DNA of 64,000 nucleotides. Source: Sphyrna mokarran. Its lineage: Eukaryota. How positions within the stretch are numbered: the first letter of the stretch is position 1; every line of letters starts with the position of its first letter. The position numbers were made by a program, and so were the translations under genes. Of the stretch, positions 14,122-26,720 are shown one piece after another. The notes below the pieces were generated by a model that searched no databases, was not told where the DNA came from, and saw only the letters and a program-made list of their open reading frames with translations. The DNA is taken from assembly GCA_024679065.1 (NCBI GenBank), contig JAGIQG010000002.1, forward strand, positions 43,834,001 through 43,898,000. The letters are read 5' to 3'.

Positions 14122-14312
14122 TTCTAATCAGCAATCTGTGACTGTCTGTGCTGATATGTGTGCTATTGTAGACCAGAACACTGCATTTGCCTGACGAAGA
14201 CAAAAAGTCGAAAGCTCGCTGATTTACTAGCAAATAAATTGGTTGGATTTAAAATTGGCGTTGTAAAACTTTACTTGAGTTTACCCCAGTCCAACGCCGG
14301 CATCTCTACATC
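14122..14312 (+). mobile_element. Penelope pLTR-derived repeat, copy A
   Basis: Aligns by eye with 15000-15160 (direct) and 14815-14990 (inverted). Confidence 0.75.
14191..14217 (+). ncRNA. Minimal hammerhead ribozyme core
   Basis: CUGACGA-A-GAC-AAAAA-GUC-GAAA-GCUC. Confidence 0.65.
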
Positions 14313-14489
14313 GTGGATCAAGGGGGCCAGTTTGCTGGGCGAAAACGTATTCACTGGTGAAAATCCAATATAGGTTATGCTGGAACAATTAGTAGATTAG
14401 GGGAGGGGTTTTTATTTGTGTGAAAACCTGTTCCTTGCATTAAAAAAGTGTTATAAATCTCAGTATTCAGGTTTTCATACCTGACCTCA

Positions 14490-14770
14490 CCTGGCGGTTG
14501 AGGCGCGCGCCCCCTTGTGCCCATCGGTCCGTTCAAACGCGATTCCCGCATGCGCTCATCCACTGCCGGCAACCGCACTGGCAGAGAATTGTCCGCATGC
14601 GCATGCGCACGCCCACTGACGGCGGCCGTTGGTATTCTCCCGCATGCGCACACGCTCACGGCAGGAGGCCGTTCTGAATGAGGATTTTTTGCACGCGCAA
14701 TGCCGCGCAGGGCAACTACCCTTCATCAAAGGTGGGGGGAGCTGGCGCGTGCCCCCGGCAACGGTTTGGA
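14490..14770. promoter_or_regulatory. Orphan CpG-island promoter-like element
   Basis: CpG-dense in a CpG-poor background; repeated CGCATGCGC (NRF1 consensus), X-box-like GTGCCCCCGGCAAC, minus-strand donor CAG|GTGAGG near 14490. Confidence 0.65.
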
Positions 14771-14911
14771 TTGTTCAGCCACCCTGATTCTGTTCCAGTG
14801 AGGGAAATAGTCATGATGTAGAGATGCCGGCTTTGGACTGGGGTAAACTCAGTAAGAGGTCTGACAACACCAATTTTAAATCCTACCGATTGATTTGATA
14901 GTAAACCTTGC

Positions 14912-14939
14912 TAGCTTTCGGCCTTTGTGCCTTCGTCAG
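14912..14939 (-). ncRNA. Minimal hammerhead ribozyme core
   Basis: CUGACGA-A-GGC-ACAAAG-GCC-GAAA-GCUA. Confidence 0.65.
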
Positions 14940-15069
14940 GCGGGTGAGGTGTTCTGGTCTGCAGTAGCACACATATCAGCACAGACAGTTTGATTTGATT
15001 TCTAATCAGCAATCTGTAAACTGTCTGTGGTGATATGTGTGCTATTGCAGACCGGAACACCTCACCCGC

Positions 15070-15097
15070 CTGATGAAGGCACAAAGGCCGAAAGCTA
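15070..15097 (+). ncRNA. Minimal hammerhead ribozyme core
   Basis: CUGAUGA-A-GGC-ACAAAG-GCC-GAAA-GCUA. Confidence 0.65.
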
Positions 15098-15164
15098 ACA
15101 GGTTTACTATCAAATAAATTGGTTGGATTTAAAATTGGTGTTGTCAGACCTCCCACTGAGGAAA

Positions 15165-15370
15165 CACAGTAAAATGTCTCACAACACTAGGTTAAAGTCC
15201 AGCAGGTTTATTTGGTAGCAAAAGCCACAAACTTTCGGAGCGCTGCCCCTTTGTCAGGTAAGTGGGAGTTGTGTTCACAAATAGGCATATAAAGACACAA
15301 ACTCAATTTACAAATAATGATTGAAATGTGACTCCTTATGGGTACTTCATTGTAACAAGAAAGTTCAACT
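15165..15370 (-). mobile_element. Penelope pLTR fragment with a mutated hammerhead
   Basis: Minus strand CUGACAA-AGGGGC-AGC-GCUCC-GAAA (G8 changed to A). Confidence 0.6.
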
Positions 15371-15479
15371 GCTCCATGTGTGCCGAGTTTCTGTAGTAAG
15401 TCCGTAAGCTGGAGGTTCTTGATACAATGGGTTTTAGGATGCCATTGATGTAGCCGGGGGGTTCTCACACCTGGAGAGA

Positions 15480-16190
15480 CAAAATAAAATAAATGGAATA
15501 ATCCAAAAGAAGATGCAAGAACAGAGGGACCTGCATATATATGTGCATAAATCATTAAAAGGTGGAAGAAGAGATGGAAAAGTTACTAATAAAGTATACA
15601 GCACTCTAGCTTTTATCGATAGGACGTAGAGTGCAAAAACAAGTAACTTATGTTAAATTGTGTTAAACACTTGTATGGCCTCAACTAGATGACCATTCCA
15701 TTATGACCAGTTCAGGGTACCACACTTGAGGAAAGATGTGAATGCATTAGATGAGTGCAGAAAAGATTCTCAAGAATGGTCCAAAGGATAAGGAGCTTGA
15801 GTTATACAGATAGATTGGAAAAGTTAAAACTGTTTTCCTTGGAGATGAGAAAATTGAGAACTGATTTGATAGAAGCATTCAAAATTATGACAGATCTGGC
15901 AGAGTAAAAAGGGAAAAAATGTTCGCATTGGTGGAAGGAAGAACAAGAGTGCAAAGTTTTAAGGTAATTGGGAAAAGAAGCAATCAGAGAAAACCCTTTC
16001 ATACAGCAGGTGGTTAGGATCTGCAATGTGGTGCCTGAAAGTTTAATAGAGGCAGGTATAGGCATTTAAGAGGGAATTGGGTTATTATCTGGAAAGGAAG
16101 AATGTGCAGGCTACCTAGGTAAAATGCTTGGCACCAGCTAACTTGCCCCAATGCAGAACAATGGCCTGTGTTTTAGCAATTCTGTTGCTT
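15480..16190 (+). mobile_element. Decayed CR1 3' fragment
   Basis: Similar to the CR1 ORF2 C-terminal DNA (RKDVNALDECR.., LFSLEMRKLRTDLIEAFKIM). Confidence 0.7.
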
Positions 16191-17943
16191 TGTGAAAAAA
16201 GGAAGCTCTGTAATAGAATAGAGTGCAGGACAAACTAAACGACAATATGTTTCATGGTATGAAAGCCAAAATGAATGGGCACAAGTAAAATACCAAAACA
16301 AAATATATCTCTTGATGGGCTTTGAATGGTTGAATGGGGGTTAGGAAATGTGCAGCATTATTTTGAGTCAGCTCAAGTTTAAGTAAGGTAGAAGTGCTGG
16401 GATACTAATGAATTTGTCTGAGTGAGAGGAAACAGACGATGGTGAGTAATGAATATTTTTTGGATTGGGGGAATGTTTCCCAAGGGTCGGTGTAGCAACC
16501 CTTGCTTTTCCCTGAGATGTATTAAGACATTACATCAGCAGAGAAGCTGATGTAAGGGAAGAGTTGGGCAATGTTATTGGAGTGAGAGAAATTGTCTTGT
16601 TGGTGGAGTTGCTAAGTAGTTGGAAGCTCATCTTGGTCAAATGCAAAGAGAAGTTGTGAACAGTCAGCCTCAGCTAGAACATAAGAGCAAGGAGTCCATT
16701 CAAGTCATTCAGCCAATCAGGTCTGCTCTGCCATTCAACCAGATTGTGACTGATATGATACGATAATTTGTCCATAATTTGTCATGTGACCCCTTGAACA
16801 TATTTAATCAGTAAAGGAATCAAGGGTTAAAGGTTTAGATAAACAATTTATAATGGCCCAGCCTCAAAGTCCTCTGTGGTAAAGAATTCCACAGCTTTAT
16901 TACTCTCTGAGCAAAGAAATTCCCCCTCATTTGTGCTTTAAGTGGGTGACCGCTTACACTGAGATTATGCCCTCCAGTCCTAATGTAGTATTTTCAATGT
17001 TGGGAAAGCCACTCCTAAAAGTCATTTAAGCCAGAAGTATAAAAGCAATCAGGGTCAGCCAAGTACAAACAAAGTAAATAATCTGGCTCTGGTGCAAAGC
17101 ATAAAAGATTGTTCAATGACATAACCATCCATTCCCCTGCTGAACAATGTGGAAGCTGGCGAGGTAATAATAGCACAGTTGTGTTGTGAGTAAACTGGCT
17201 GGCCAAAAATGGAGGTAGACATGGGAGCATCAGCTCCTGTTGTGAATGAATGGACTTACCAATATCTTAAAGAAGGAGTTACCTTTGAGGTTGGCGAACA
17301 CTACAATAGACTAGCTACGTACACAGGATAAGCCATAACATCAGCACAACTACAACCCTGTGAATTTCAGACAGCAGTTAGTGCAGCTACCCATGCTGAT
17401 GTTGGGTCAAAGACTGAGTTTCATGGGGATATGATTTGCTCCAGGAGATAATGTTGAATTGTCTGGAGATCTTTAAGCTAAAAGAAAGGGCCCTATGTGA
17501 GATTGTTCCTCATATTCCAAGAGGAACTTGGAAAGGTTAAATGATTGTGAGCTAGGATCCATGTATATCTAGAAGGCACAACAAAATTTTCTAGAGTAAG
17601 ACCTGTGCCTTGCACTTCAGTAGGAAAAATAGAGATGGAACTAAAGTACTTAGAAGACTTGGGCATCATCAGGCCTATACAATTTGCAGAATAGGCAATA
17701 CCCATTGTGCCAATAATTAAACTAGACAATCCTTAACTGTAGGAATTACATGCTGATGGTAATCCAGGCTGTGAAAGTCAAAGGTATTCCATCCCCAAAT
17801 TAGAGGATCTGTATGCGAAGTTGGTTGGTGGGGGGGAGGGGTCAGACATATACAAAATTGACATGAGCTGTGCTTGCCAATAGTTAGAGTAGGTTAAAGA
17901 TGTAAGCAGACCATGGAGTTAATTGTAAAATTTTCTAACAGTG

Positions 17944-18240
17944 TGGCATGGTGGCACAGTGGTTAGTGTTGCTGCCTCACAGTGCTGGCTTGTGTCACTG
18001 TCTCTATGGAGTTTGCACATTCTCCCATGTCTACGTGGGTTTCCTCCGGGAGCTCTGGTTTTCTCCCACAGCCCAAAGATAGATTAGGTGGATTGACCAG
18101 GCTAAACTGCCCCCAAGTTTCAGGGGGACTAGCCAGAGTAAATGCATGGGATTGTGAGGATAGAGCCTGGGGGGGTTTGTGGTTGTTGCAAACTTGATGG
18201 ATCAAATGGCCTTATCCTGTGCTGTAGGACTCTATGATTC
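17944..18240 (+). mobile_element. HE1 SINE inserted in the Gypsy element
   Basis: GGCATGGTGGCACAGTGGTTAG head, HE1 core, CTATGATTCT tail. Confidence 0.9.
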
Positions 18241-19311
18241 TGTGACACATCGTGAACTTATGTCTGCATAATTACGCATTAAAAGTTGCATTGATATGTA
18301 TGTTTACTATTCTGAGATTTTGTCAGCTAGCATCATCTTCCACTGAATTATTAGAGAATTTGCTGCACGGCTTGCCTAGAGTTGTTGTTTATTTAGATGA
18401 CATCCTAATATCAGGGTTCAACAAAAATGAACAAACTTGGACAAAATTTTGAAGAGATTGCAAAAGGCAAAGGTGTACCTAAAAAGAGAAGAGTGTACCT
18501 TCCATGCAAATGAGGTGGCTTATATTGGTTATCAAGTTGATGCTCTGGGATTACCCCCATTGTAGGACAAAGTGGAAGTGATTAAATAGACACTGACCCC
18601 TCGGAACACCTCAGAACTCAGAATCTTCTTGGAATAGTCAACTGTGATGGACGTTTCTTCCCATATCTATCAATATATCTAGCACCATTGCATGTAGAAA
18701 CATTAGTGTTGGTATTGGAAAACAACACAAGAGGAGGTTTTTAGCCAAGTTAAGCAAGTATTTCAGGCAACATGCTTATTAATACACTTCAAACCTTCTA
18801 AGAAGATAGTACTTACATATAAAGCATTACCATCTGGGATCGGCGCTGTGTTATCCTATACAATGGATAACAGGTCCAAGAGAACCATCAGATACATATC
18901 AAGAATCCTGGCAGACATAGAAAGAGGATACTCCCAGATAGAAAAAAAAGATGTAGCTGTTATCTTCAGCAAGAAGACATTTCATAAATACATTTATGGT
19001 AAATGTTTTACTGTCATCACATTAGCTGCTTTTTGGACTTTTCAAGGAAGACAAGATGATTCTAGCAATTGCTTCTTCCAGAATGCAGCGATGGGCACTG
19101 TTCTTATCAATTTACGAATATATATTTGAACTTCAGCCAGTGACTCATATAGCCAATGCAGATGCCTTAAGTCATCTCCTGTTACCCAAAAGCATGCCAT
19201 TTCCTCTAATTGTAATGACTTTAAACTTCCTTTACCTGTAGCAACATAACAAATTAAGCACTGGATTAATAAGCCTCACTGTTATTGAAGATTAAACATT
19301 TGATACTGCAT

Positions 19312-19620
19312 GGGACAGCTCAGTGACTATCGCTGTGCTGTGCAGATACATGGATTTGGGCCTGTGTCTGTGGGCGTTTGCGCATTCTCCCCGTCCTTGC
19401 ATGGGTTTTCTCCAGGTGCTCCGGTTTCCTCCCACATCCCAAAGATGTGCTCTTAGGCTAATTGGCAAAACAAATTCTCCCTAAATTGTCTCAAATTTGA
19501 TTTTTAATCCATAGATCTATAAACATAGATAGGGATCATGGGTAGAGGTAGGAACATCGGGGTGGTGACGCGGGCTCATTGGGCCAAAGGGCCTGTTTCC
19601 CATGCTGTTTTGTTATTTGT
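19312..19620 (+). mobile_element. V-SINE variant inserted in the Gypsy element
   Basis: HE1-like core with head GACAGCTCAGTGACTATCGCTGT, shared with the copy at 44150-44455. Confidence 0.7.
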
Positions 19621-21739
19621 TCTTTAAAATGAAGCCTTATTAGCTTAGGAAGCCTGAACTCAGCTGTGAGAATGGTATCATCCTTTGGGAAATGAGAGTG
19701 GTCTTCCTCAAATGAAGAAGAGTTATTGCTTGAAGAATTGCATTGTGTCCATCTGGTTGTGTCAAAGATGCAAATGCTAGTGAGAAGCTGTATCTGGTGG
19801 CGTCACATTGATGCTGTTTTAGGAATGCTTGTCAAACAAAGTGACCAGTGCCAGTTTCAGCAAAATCTACCAGCTATAATCCCCTTGCACACTTGAGAAT
19901 GGCAAGGATAAGAGTTCACATAGGATACATTGGCCTATTTATGGGCACGATGTTCCCTGCAGACACCCATTCGAAGTGGATAGAGGTATTCAAATTGAGA
20001 TCCACAGCGTCATATGCCACATTCGAGAAACTGCACCAATTTTTCAGCACTCATAGAATTCCAGAAGTACCTGTCTCAAACAACAGAATAGCTTTCATAA
20101 GTGCCAAATTCCAGAAGTTCCTGATACAGAACATAGAAGACTACAGCACAAACAGGCCATTTGAGTTGTGCCGATCATATCTCTACCTACCAGGCCTATC
20201 TATAACCTTCAACCCCTTTAAATCCCATGTGCTCATCCAGAAGTCTCTTAAAAGACCCAAACGAATTCGCTTCCACCACCACCGACAGCAGCCAATTCCA
20301 CTCACTCACCACCCTCTGAGTGAAAAACTTACCCTTGATGTCTCCTCTGTACCTACTCCCCAGCACCTTAAATCTGTGTCATCTTGTAGCAACCATTTCA
20401 GCCATGGAAATAGCCTCTGAGAATCCACCCTATCTGTACCTCAATCTAATCTAATGGTGTAAAACATATCTGTGCCATATCATCCCTCTTCAAATGGATT
20501 GGCCAAACATGCAGTTCAGATTTTCAAGACTGTTTTAAAAAAGCAACCACCTGCATCACTAGAAACTCAGAAAGCACAATTCCTCTAAAACTAAAGAACC
20601 TCCTGGAATACTACTACTGGAATTGCTCCAGCTGAGCTGCTGCTGGATCAATGCTTGAGAAGCAGGTTGAGCCTAATTGGAAGGGTGGATGCAAGACAGA
20701 GTTATCAGAAAAGAAATCGTAAGAGTCTCTTATTATAAAATACATTAATAACTTGTAAAATTTCCAAAACAGTAGCAATAATGAACATCTTTAACACAGT
20801 TTATCATAAACTCAGTCTGTCATGGAACTTCCTCCTTCTCTGGGAGCGACATGGCTCAATGGTTGAGGTTCAACTGTACAGGTAATTTTGTTTGGACATG
20901 CTTCACAAGAACACTACTCTGGAATCTGTGCCTTGCTTCCCTCTGTTCCCTCGGTAGCTAGTAGCTAGTCCCTTTTAAGAGATGTACATTGGGAGGATCA
21001 TGTGAACCAGTTGCCCAGTGGGGAATGAGTGCAGGGATTTTGGTGCCAGAGTAGATGCTAGTGCTGAAAGTGGCAACATTGTGTAAGTACTCTATTATTT
21101 ATCTGCTTGTAAATAAAATGTTATGGTTCGTTATACTAATTAGTGGTCACCAATCCTTGTAACTACTACGCATGCCATGGTATCCTACTTACTGTATCAA
21201 CTTTACCTTTTCTCCAATCAAAAAACTTTTAACTTTCTCAAGTTTAGCCACATCTGCAGGCTTTTCCTGCCCTTTCTCTGAAAGACCATAATGCTAAACA
21301 ATAGACTGTCCCACACTCTGTTGTTTTGCACTTATGTGTGGTCTAACTCAGGTCAGCATGGCAAATTTGGACAAGCTTAGACAAGTTTGGCTAATTTGGA
21401 GTTACCAGTGCAGAATTTTGCCTCGCCACAAATATTATTCTATAAATCTGAAATTCTGCTGGCAAGAATAGGTGAAGACTTTGACATAATTGAAATTTTG
21501 TGTTATTCCATTTTGACTCATTGCAATTTCACTGTACCTTTATCATTTATTGAGTCATCCAAAGGACGTTTTAAAGACAGAATAGTTGCTAAATGATAGA
21601 TAAACGAACTTGTAACTGGGTAAGCACTACACGCAACAAAAAAATGAGTAACTTGGAATTTTATTGTTAGCTGTGTCAAACTGTGTCAAGCCAACGTTAT
21701 TACAGCCAGCTGACATGCTATGCTGCAAGTACGCCCTCT

Positions 21740-22493
21740 TGTGTTTTAGCACAAATAAACAGCCTTGTTACAAAGGGATTGGAATATAAAAGTAAGTTCC
21801 TATTGCAAATATGCAGGTGATTGGTGAGGCCATGCCAGCAGGTGATCAAGAAGGTGAATGGAATGTTGCGAGGGGGATAGAATATAAAAGCAGAGAGGCC
21901 TTGCTGCAACTGTACAAGACATGGTGAGGTTGCAATTGTAGTACTGTGTGCAATTTTGTTCCCTTATTTGTCAAAGGATATATTGGCCTTGGAGGGAGTA
22001 CAGAGAAAGTTCATCAGGTTGATACCAGAGATGAGGGGGTTAGCTTATGAGGAGAGATTAAGTAGATTGGGCCTGTACTTGTTGGAATTAGAATGCTGAG
22101 GGGGGATCTTATAGAAACTTATAAGATAATGAAGGGGCTAGATAGGATAAAGGTAGAGGGATTCTTTCCACTTCGAAAGGAAACCAGAACTAGAGGGCAC
22201 AGCCTCAAAATAAGGGGGGGGTTGGGTGGGTGGGAAGTTTAGAACAGAGGAGAAATTTCTGAGAGGATAGTGAATCTCTGGAATTCTCTGCCCATTGAAG
22301 TGCCGGAGGTTACCTTGTTGAATACGTTTAAGTCACAGGTAGGCAGATTTCTGATCGATAAAGGAGTTATGGGTTATGGGGAAAGGTGGGTAAGTGGAAC
22401 TGATCCACTTCAGATCACCATGATCTTATTGAATGGCGGGGCAGGCTCGAGAGGCTAGATGGCCTACTCCTGCTCCTATTTCTTATGTTCTTA
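21740..22493 (+). mobile_element. CR1 3' fragment
   Basis: NLWNSLP..FKSQVGRFL and tail CTATTTCTTATGTTCTT. Confidence 0.85.
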
Positions 22494-23165
22494 TTACTGT
22501 GTCTAGTTTTTGCCTTTATTTAAGGAAATACTTACTGGCCCTATAGAGAGTGCAATGGACCTTCATTAAACTGATTCCTGGGATTGTCGGTAAAGACTTG
22601 ATGGGCTGAAAGGCCATTTCTCTGTTGTATAACTCGATGATGGAACTGACGTTGGAAAAAAGATAGTGCAGTAGTAGTATGGTCCGATGCACAACAGTTT
22701 ATTGTGGATCTGACCATCATACTGCCCACACAGTAACATGAGAAGGCATATGACCTAGAACCAGGTTTAATCTAGAGATGGGGCAAAATTGAGTAAAGGC
22801 TAAGGCTGGAGTCAACTTCTCACCTGTACAGTTTATAGTTATGAACTGTTAATAAAGTTGCTGTTAATATACTCAAGACTACAAAGCCTACTTCATGGCG
22901 TCCAAAGCATGGTGATGGCAGCATCAGGATCTAAACCATCATCCTCACAACAATGCTGAGAATCTTGGAAAAAGGACACATTCAATGGATTCTTCACTGA
23001 ATCTAACTCCCAACTGAAGCTACACGTCTGAGAAAACACATCACAAAACAGGGGAAGGCAGCTCCAGAGGCAGAACAGCCTGAAAGCAAACAAGAAAAGT
23101 AAATAAAAGCAAAATACGTGGATGCTAGAAATCTAAAATGAAAACAAAATGCTGGATAAACTCAT

Positions 23166-24045
23166 GGGAGGGGAACTTAGCAAAAAAATTTTGTTCAGAA
23201 CGAGCATGAAAGTGGGTGAAATTTGCACCATTTTTGAGCAATTTGAAAATCAAATCTTAACTGACTTGGCAAAAAAACCTTGACAAGCTAATTTCTTGCC
23301 AGCAAGGGGAATGGGCAGGACCTAAACCACCCAAAAGCCAGCTGATTGTAGCAGAAGATACAGTTGGGCGTGCTCAGATCATGGACAGAACCTGCCCCCA
23401 TCCAGTGTTACCATGGGCCTCTGTGGCTGATTCAATTCCCCCACTACAGCCAGTGGGATGGCTCACCAATGCCCCTGTCCCCACCAAACTGATCGCCACC
23501 CCCCCCCAATCATTTGCTACTGCAGAGTGGCAACAATCACCCCCACGTGTCACCTTGCTGATCACTACTGCAGAGTGGCAGTCATTGCCCATCGCCAATC
23601 AATTGCTACTGCTAAGTAACAGCGGTTCCCTCCCTCCACTTAACAGCCAGCCCGCAGTGCCAGGGTGTCCAGTGGGCAGTGTCAGATTGCTAAGGGGCAT
23701 CCCCTGCTCCCAACCTTTTGGGAAAGCTTTAATGGCCTACCTTTCTACTGGTCTGGTGCCTGTTGATGGGGATCTTCACTGGAGAGAACTTCCCCCAGGA
23801 AGGCTGCAGAAGCAAGTGAACTCCCAGGCAAGTTCGTCCCTCGCTTGCTAATTTATTCCAGTTGTATTTTAAATAAATTTAAATATTATAATCAGCTGTG
23901 CATCCTTTACGGGCACGAAGCAGATCGTGCTTGATATCCACTCCCGGAAGATCACGAGAGGTGAGCAATCAGGCATGATTCTCTCTCGATCTTATCAGCT
24001 CGCTGTTCCCTCTGGCCAGCAGGGCACAATGGTAAGATTGCCCAC
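23166..24045. mobile_element. Non-autonomous TIR element inserted in a Penelope fragment
   Basis: GC-rich interior with imperfect inverted termini; the PLE-like sequence at 23105-23165 resumes near 24050. Confidence 0.45.
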
Positions 24046-24732
24046 AGTGGATCTGGCCGCACCTATGAGAGAAACAGAGCTAATTTTCAAGTCTGAATGA
24101 TCCTTCTGTAGAAGGTAGAAAAATAGAATTTTATTCAAGTAGAGGACTGTATTGCATCCTGTTTGGCAGTTCAGCTTCAATGGGCAGAGCTTGCAAACCT
24201 ACAAAGGCTGGATGACATTTTAAATTCCAGGTCAGCTGATCCTGAGAAACCCCTTTAAATTATTCTGTCAGAAGCATTATTTGAAAGCAGCCTGTAACTA
24301 AACCTGATCCCAGAGTCTCAACACATGGCTCAGGAATCCGACAAAAAAAAATTGATAATTCATTTAGTCCATCCGGGTGCATCACAACCATTCAGTTTTG
24401 GAAACAACAAACTCGTGATTCTTTAGAAAGAGTTCCTACTTGTAACACAAGATCTCTGAGTGCATTAAATTGGCAACCCAGGCGCCCTATCCTGCCATTG
24501 CGGCTTCTTCTTCTTCAAGCAGAATTTTAAAAATCCCAACAAACAAGGGAAGATCCTTTGATCAGCAGTAACTGGTATCACCTTCCTGGAAACCTTTTTT
24601 TTTCCTTAAACTATCAGAAATTACAGCTTCGCTGAGATTCACTTATAACCCAGACCAGACACAAATTGGTGTATTCAGAAGATATTTTTAAGACACAATA
24701 TTGCTCCAGAGTTCAGAAAAATCTCTGCAGAC

Positions 24733-25292
24733 CAGCAAGCAAGAGGCTGTTTTACCCTAGACAAGGCACAGCAAGAGTCCTTGTTAAAGTCCACCAAGTT
24801 TATTTGGTAGCACGAATTTTCAGAGCACCGCTCCTTCATCAGGCGAGGGAGTAGTGATGATGAAGAGACATCTGGTGTAATCATAGGTCATAAAAATCCC
24901 ATTTATCAGCACATCAAGTCTATCCTGACCACAATCCCACTCTGCCACTGTAACCCTGCATATTTACTAATTTCCCTGATGCAGTGGTCAATTTAGCATG
25001 ACCAATCAACCTAATCCGCACATCTTTGAACAGTGGGAGGAAACCGGAGCACCCGGAGGAAACCAATGCAGACATGTGGAGAACGTGCAAACTCCACCAG
25101 ATAATGACCCGAGGCCAGAATTGAACCCAGGTCTCTGGTGCTGTGAGGCAGCAGTGCTAACCAATGTGCCACTATGCCACCCGTGGTGAAGAGGCAGTGC
25201 TCTGAAAGCACTTGCTGCCAAATAAACCTGTTGGACTTTAAACAAGGACTCTTACTGTGCCTTGTTAGGGTAAAACAACCTCTTGCTTGCTG
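24733..25292. mobile_element. Penelope-derived palindrome with a central HE1 SINE (minus, about 24890-25180)
   Basis: Arms CAGCAAGCAAGAGG..TAAAGTCCA versus TGGACTTTA..CCTCTTGCTTGCTG. Confidence 0.75.
24814..24842 (-). ncRNA. Minimal hammerhead ribozyme core
   Basis: CUGAUGA-A-GGAGC-GGU-GCUCU-GAAA-AUUC. Confidence 0.55.
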
Positions 25293-26389
25293 ATGTTGTC
25301 AGGCTTCTTACTTACTAATCCCAGTCCCCAACGCTGGCGTCTCCACATCATGCCTAACAAGGCAACCTGGCTATTTAAACTGCCTGAGCTATGTGAGCAA
25401 TTCAGCACCATCCTGAGGGCTGAGTTACCTTCAAAGAGCAGAATCGAGTCACAAAAACGTAGAGACCATCTAAGTCATAAAAAGCAACCCTGAAACTGCC
25501 CAGCAGAATGACCTTGTTAGCGTTGTAATGAGAAGTGTCCTCACAGGAAATCTTATTGCCCAGCACATACTGCCAGTGCTTCCACTGTAACAGACGGGGA
25601 AACTTCAGTAAACTGTTCAGGTCAGAACTCCAACAATGCACACAGATTTTAAAGCTAATCCATGAAGTTGAGACCTGTACCCTCTACATAAATATGCACA
25701 TAGTTATGGGATAAGGAAGTCTTTCTGTTAATTCATTCAAGAATGTGGAGCCTACTCCATGGTGTCCGAAATAGATCAGTTTTCCCTGCAGTTCAGAGAA
25801 TTGAGAGATGATCTATTGAGAGCATATAAATAGCTTTAGGGTTTTACAAGATAGGTGTTGAGATATGTTTTCGCAGGTTGAGGAATCTAGAACAGGGAGT
25901 CACTGTCTCAGAATAAGGAGTAATCTAGAGCTAAGATGAACAGGAATTTATTATGATTTTTTGGAATTCCCTACCTCAGAGACCTATGGATGCTCAGTCA
26001 TTGAGTCGATTCAAGATAGAGGCCAATACAGTTTTGAGTCATAAGTAAATTATGGGATGTAAGGGTACTTTAGGAAGGTGAAATTGAGCTTGAAAATTGA
26101 CTATAACCTTGTTAAATGGTAAGTTGGTTTGATTAACCAAATGACTAAATTCAGTTACTTTTTGTTATGTTCTTATATTTTGTTGGCATAAAATTGGGTA
26201 AAACATTTCTTCTATTTTACACGTATTGAGAACTCATTATTGACACTTCTTCTTTAGAACCCTTCTTCCCCACCCTCGCATTCTTTACACATTAAGCTGG
26301 TGCCTGTCCACAGAGTAGACCATTGTTTGTATCTGCTCAATATTAGGAGAGAATTAATGAACTACATAATTTGAGTATTCTATTGTATG

Positions 26390-26720
26390 AAAAATGTAAT
26401 ATTCTCAACTCACAAATGTAAAAAGCTAAAGTCACTTGGAGGTTGGCACCGATTTAGAAAATCAACTTTGAAATGTCGTCCTGGGAGATCAATACACATT
26501 TTGGCACCAGCTAACAGAATCAAGATAGAAGAAGATTACGTCAGTATCTCACGAGTTGCAAATCAAAGCTGTGGCAAACGGAAAAGTATTGTGGTATATT
26601 TCACCATCGGGAACAGAAAACACAGAGATAGCTATTCCCAGTAGCCAGTAGCATCTCCTAGCTTTCAACGAAAATGGACATTAGTTGGAAGCAGGTAGTT
26701 AATACATGAGTCACCTTAGA
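26390..26720 (+). mobile_element. Possible hAT (Charlie-like) transposase C-terminal remnant
   Basis: Weak resemblance only: IKIEEDYVSISRVA..NRKHR..IHESP*. Confidence 0.3.

Larger units (their letters stand above)
14815..15160. mobile_element. Penelope pLTR-derived palindrome (copies B and C)
   Basis: Inverted arms of about 150 nt around a short spacer near 14990-15017. Confidence 0.8.
16980..21170 (+). mobile_element. Decayed Gypsy LTR retrotransposon with nested SINE/CR1 insertions
   Basis: Ordered remnants: PIVPIIK, YSIPKLEDLYAKL, VVVYLDDILISG (RT); YISRILADIERGYSQIEK, MQRWALFLSIYEY (RNase H); RVHIGYIG, YHPSSNGLA (integrase); many stops and frameshifts. Confidence 0.85.

Noticed and set aside
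17944-18030. tRNA-like heads here and at 3515, 12078, 25180 and 56252
   Set aside because: SINE heads followed by SINE bodies, not tRNA genes
19848-20420. 190-aa ORF
   Set aside because: Gypsy integrase remnant fused by chance to an antisense CR1 3' end
23374-23851. 156-aa and 74-aa ORFs
   Set aside because: GC-rich interior of a non-autonomous repeat with no recognisable domain
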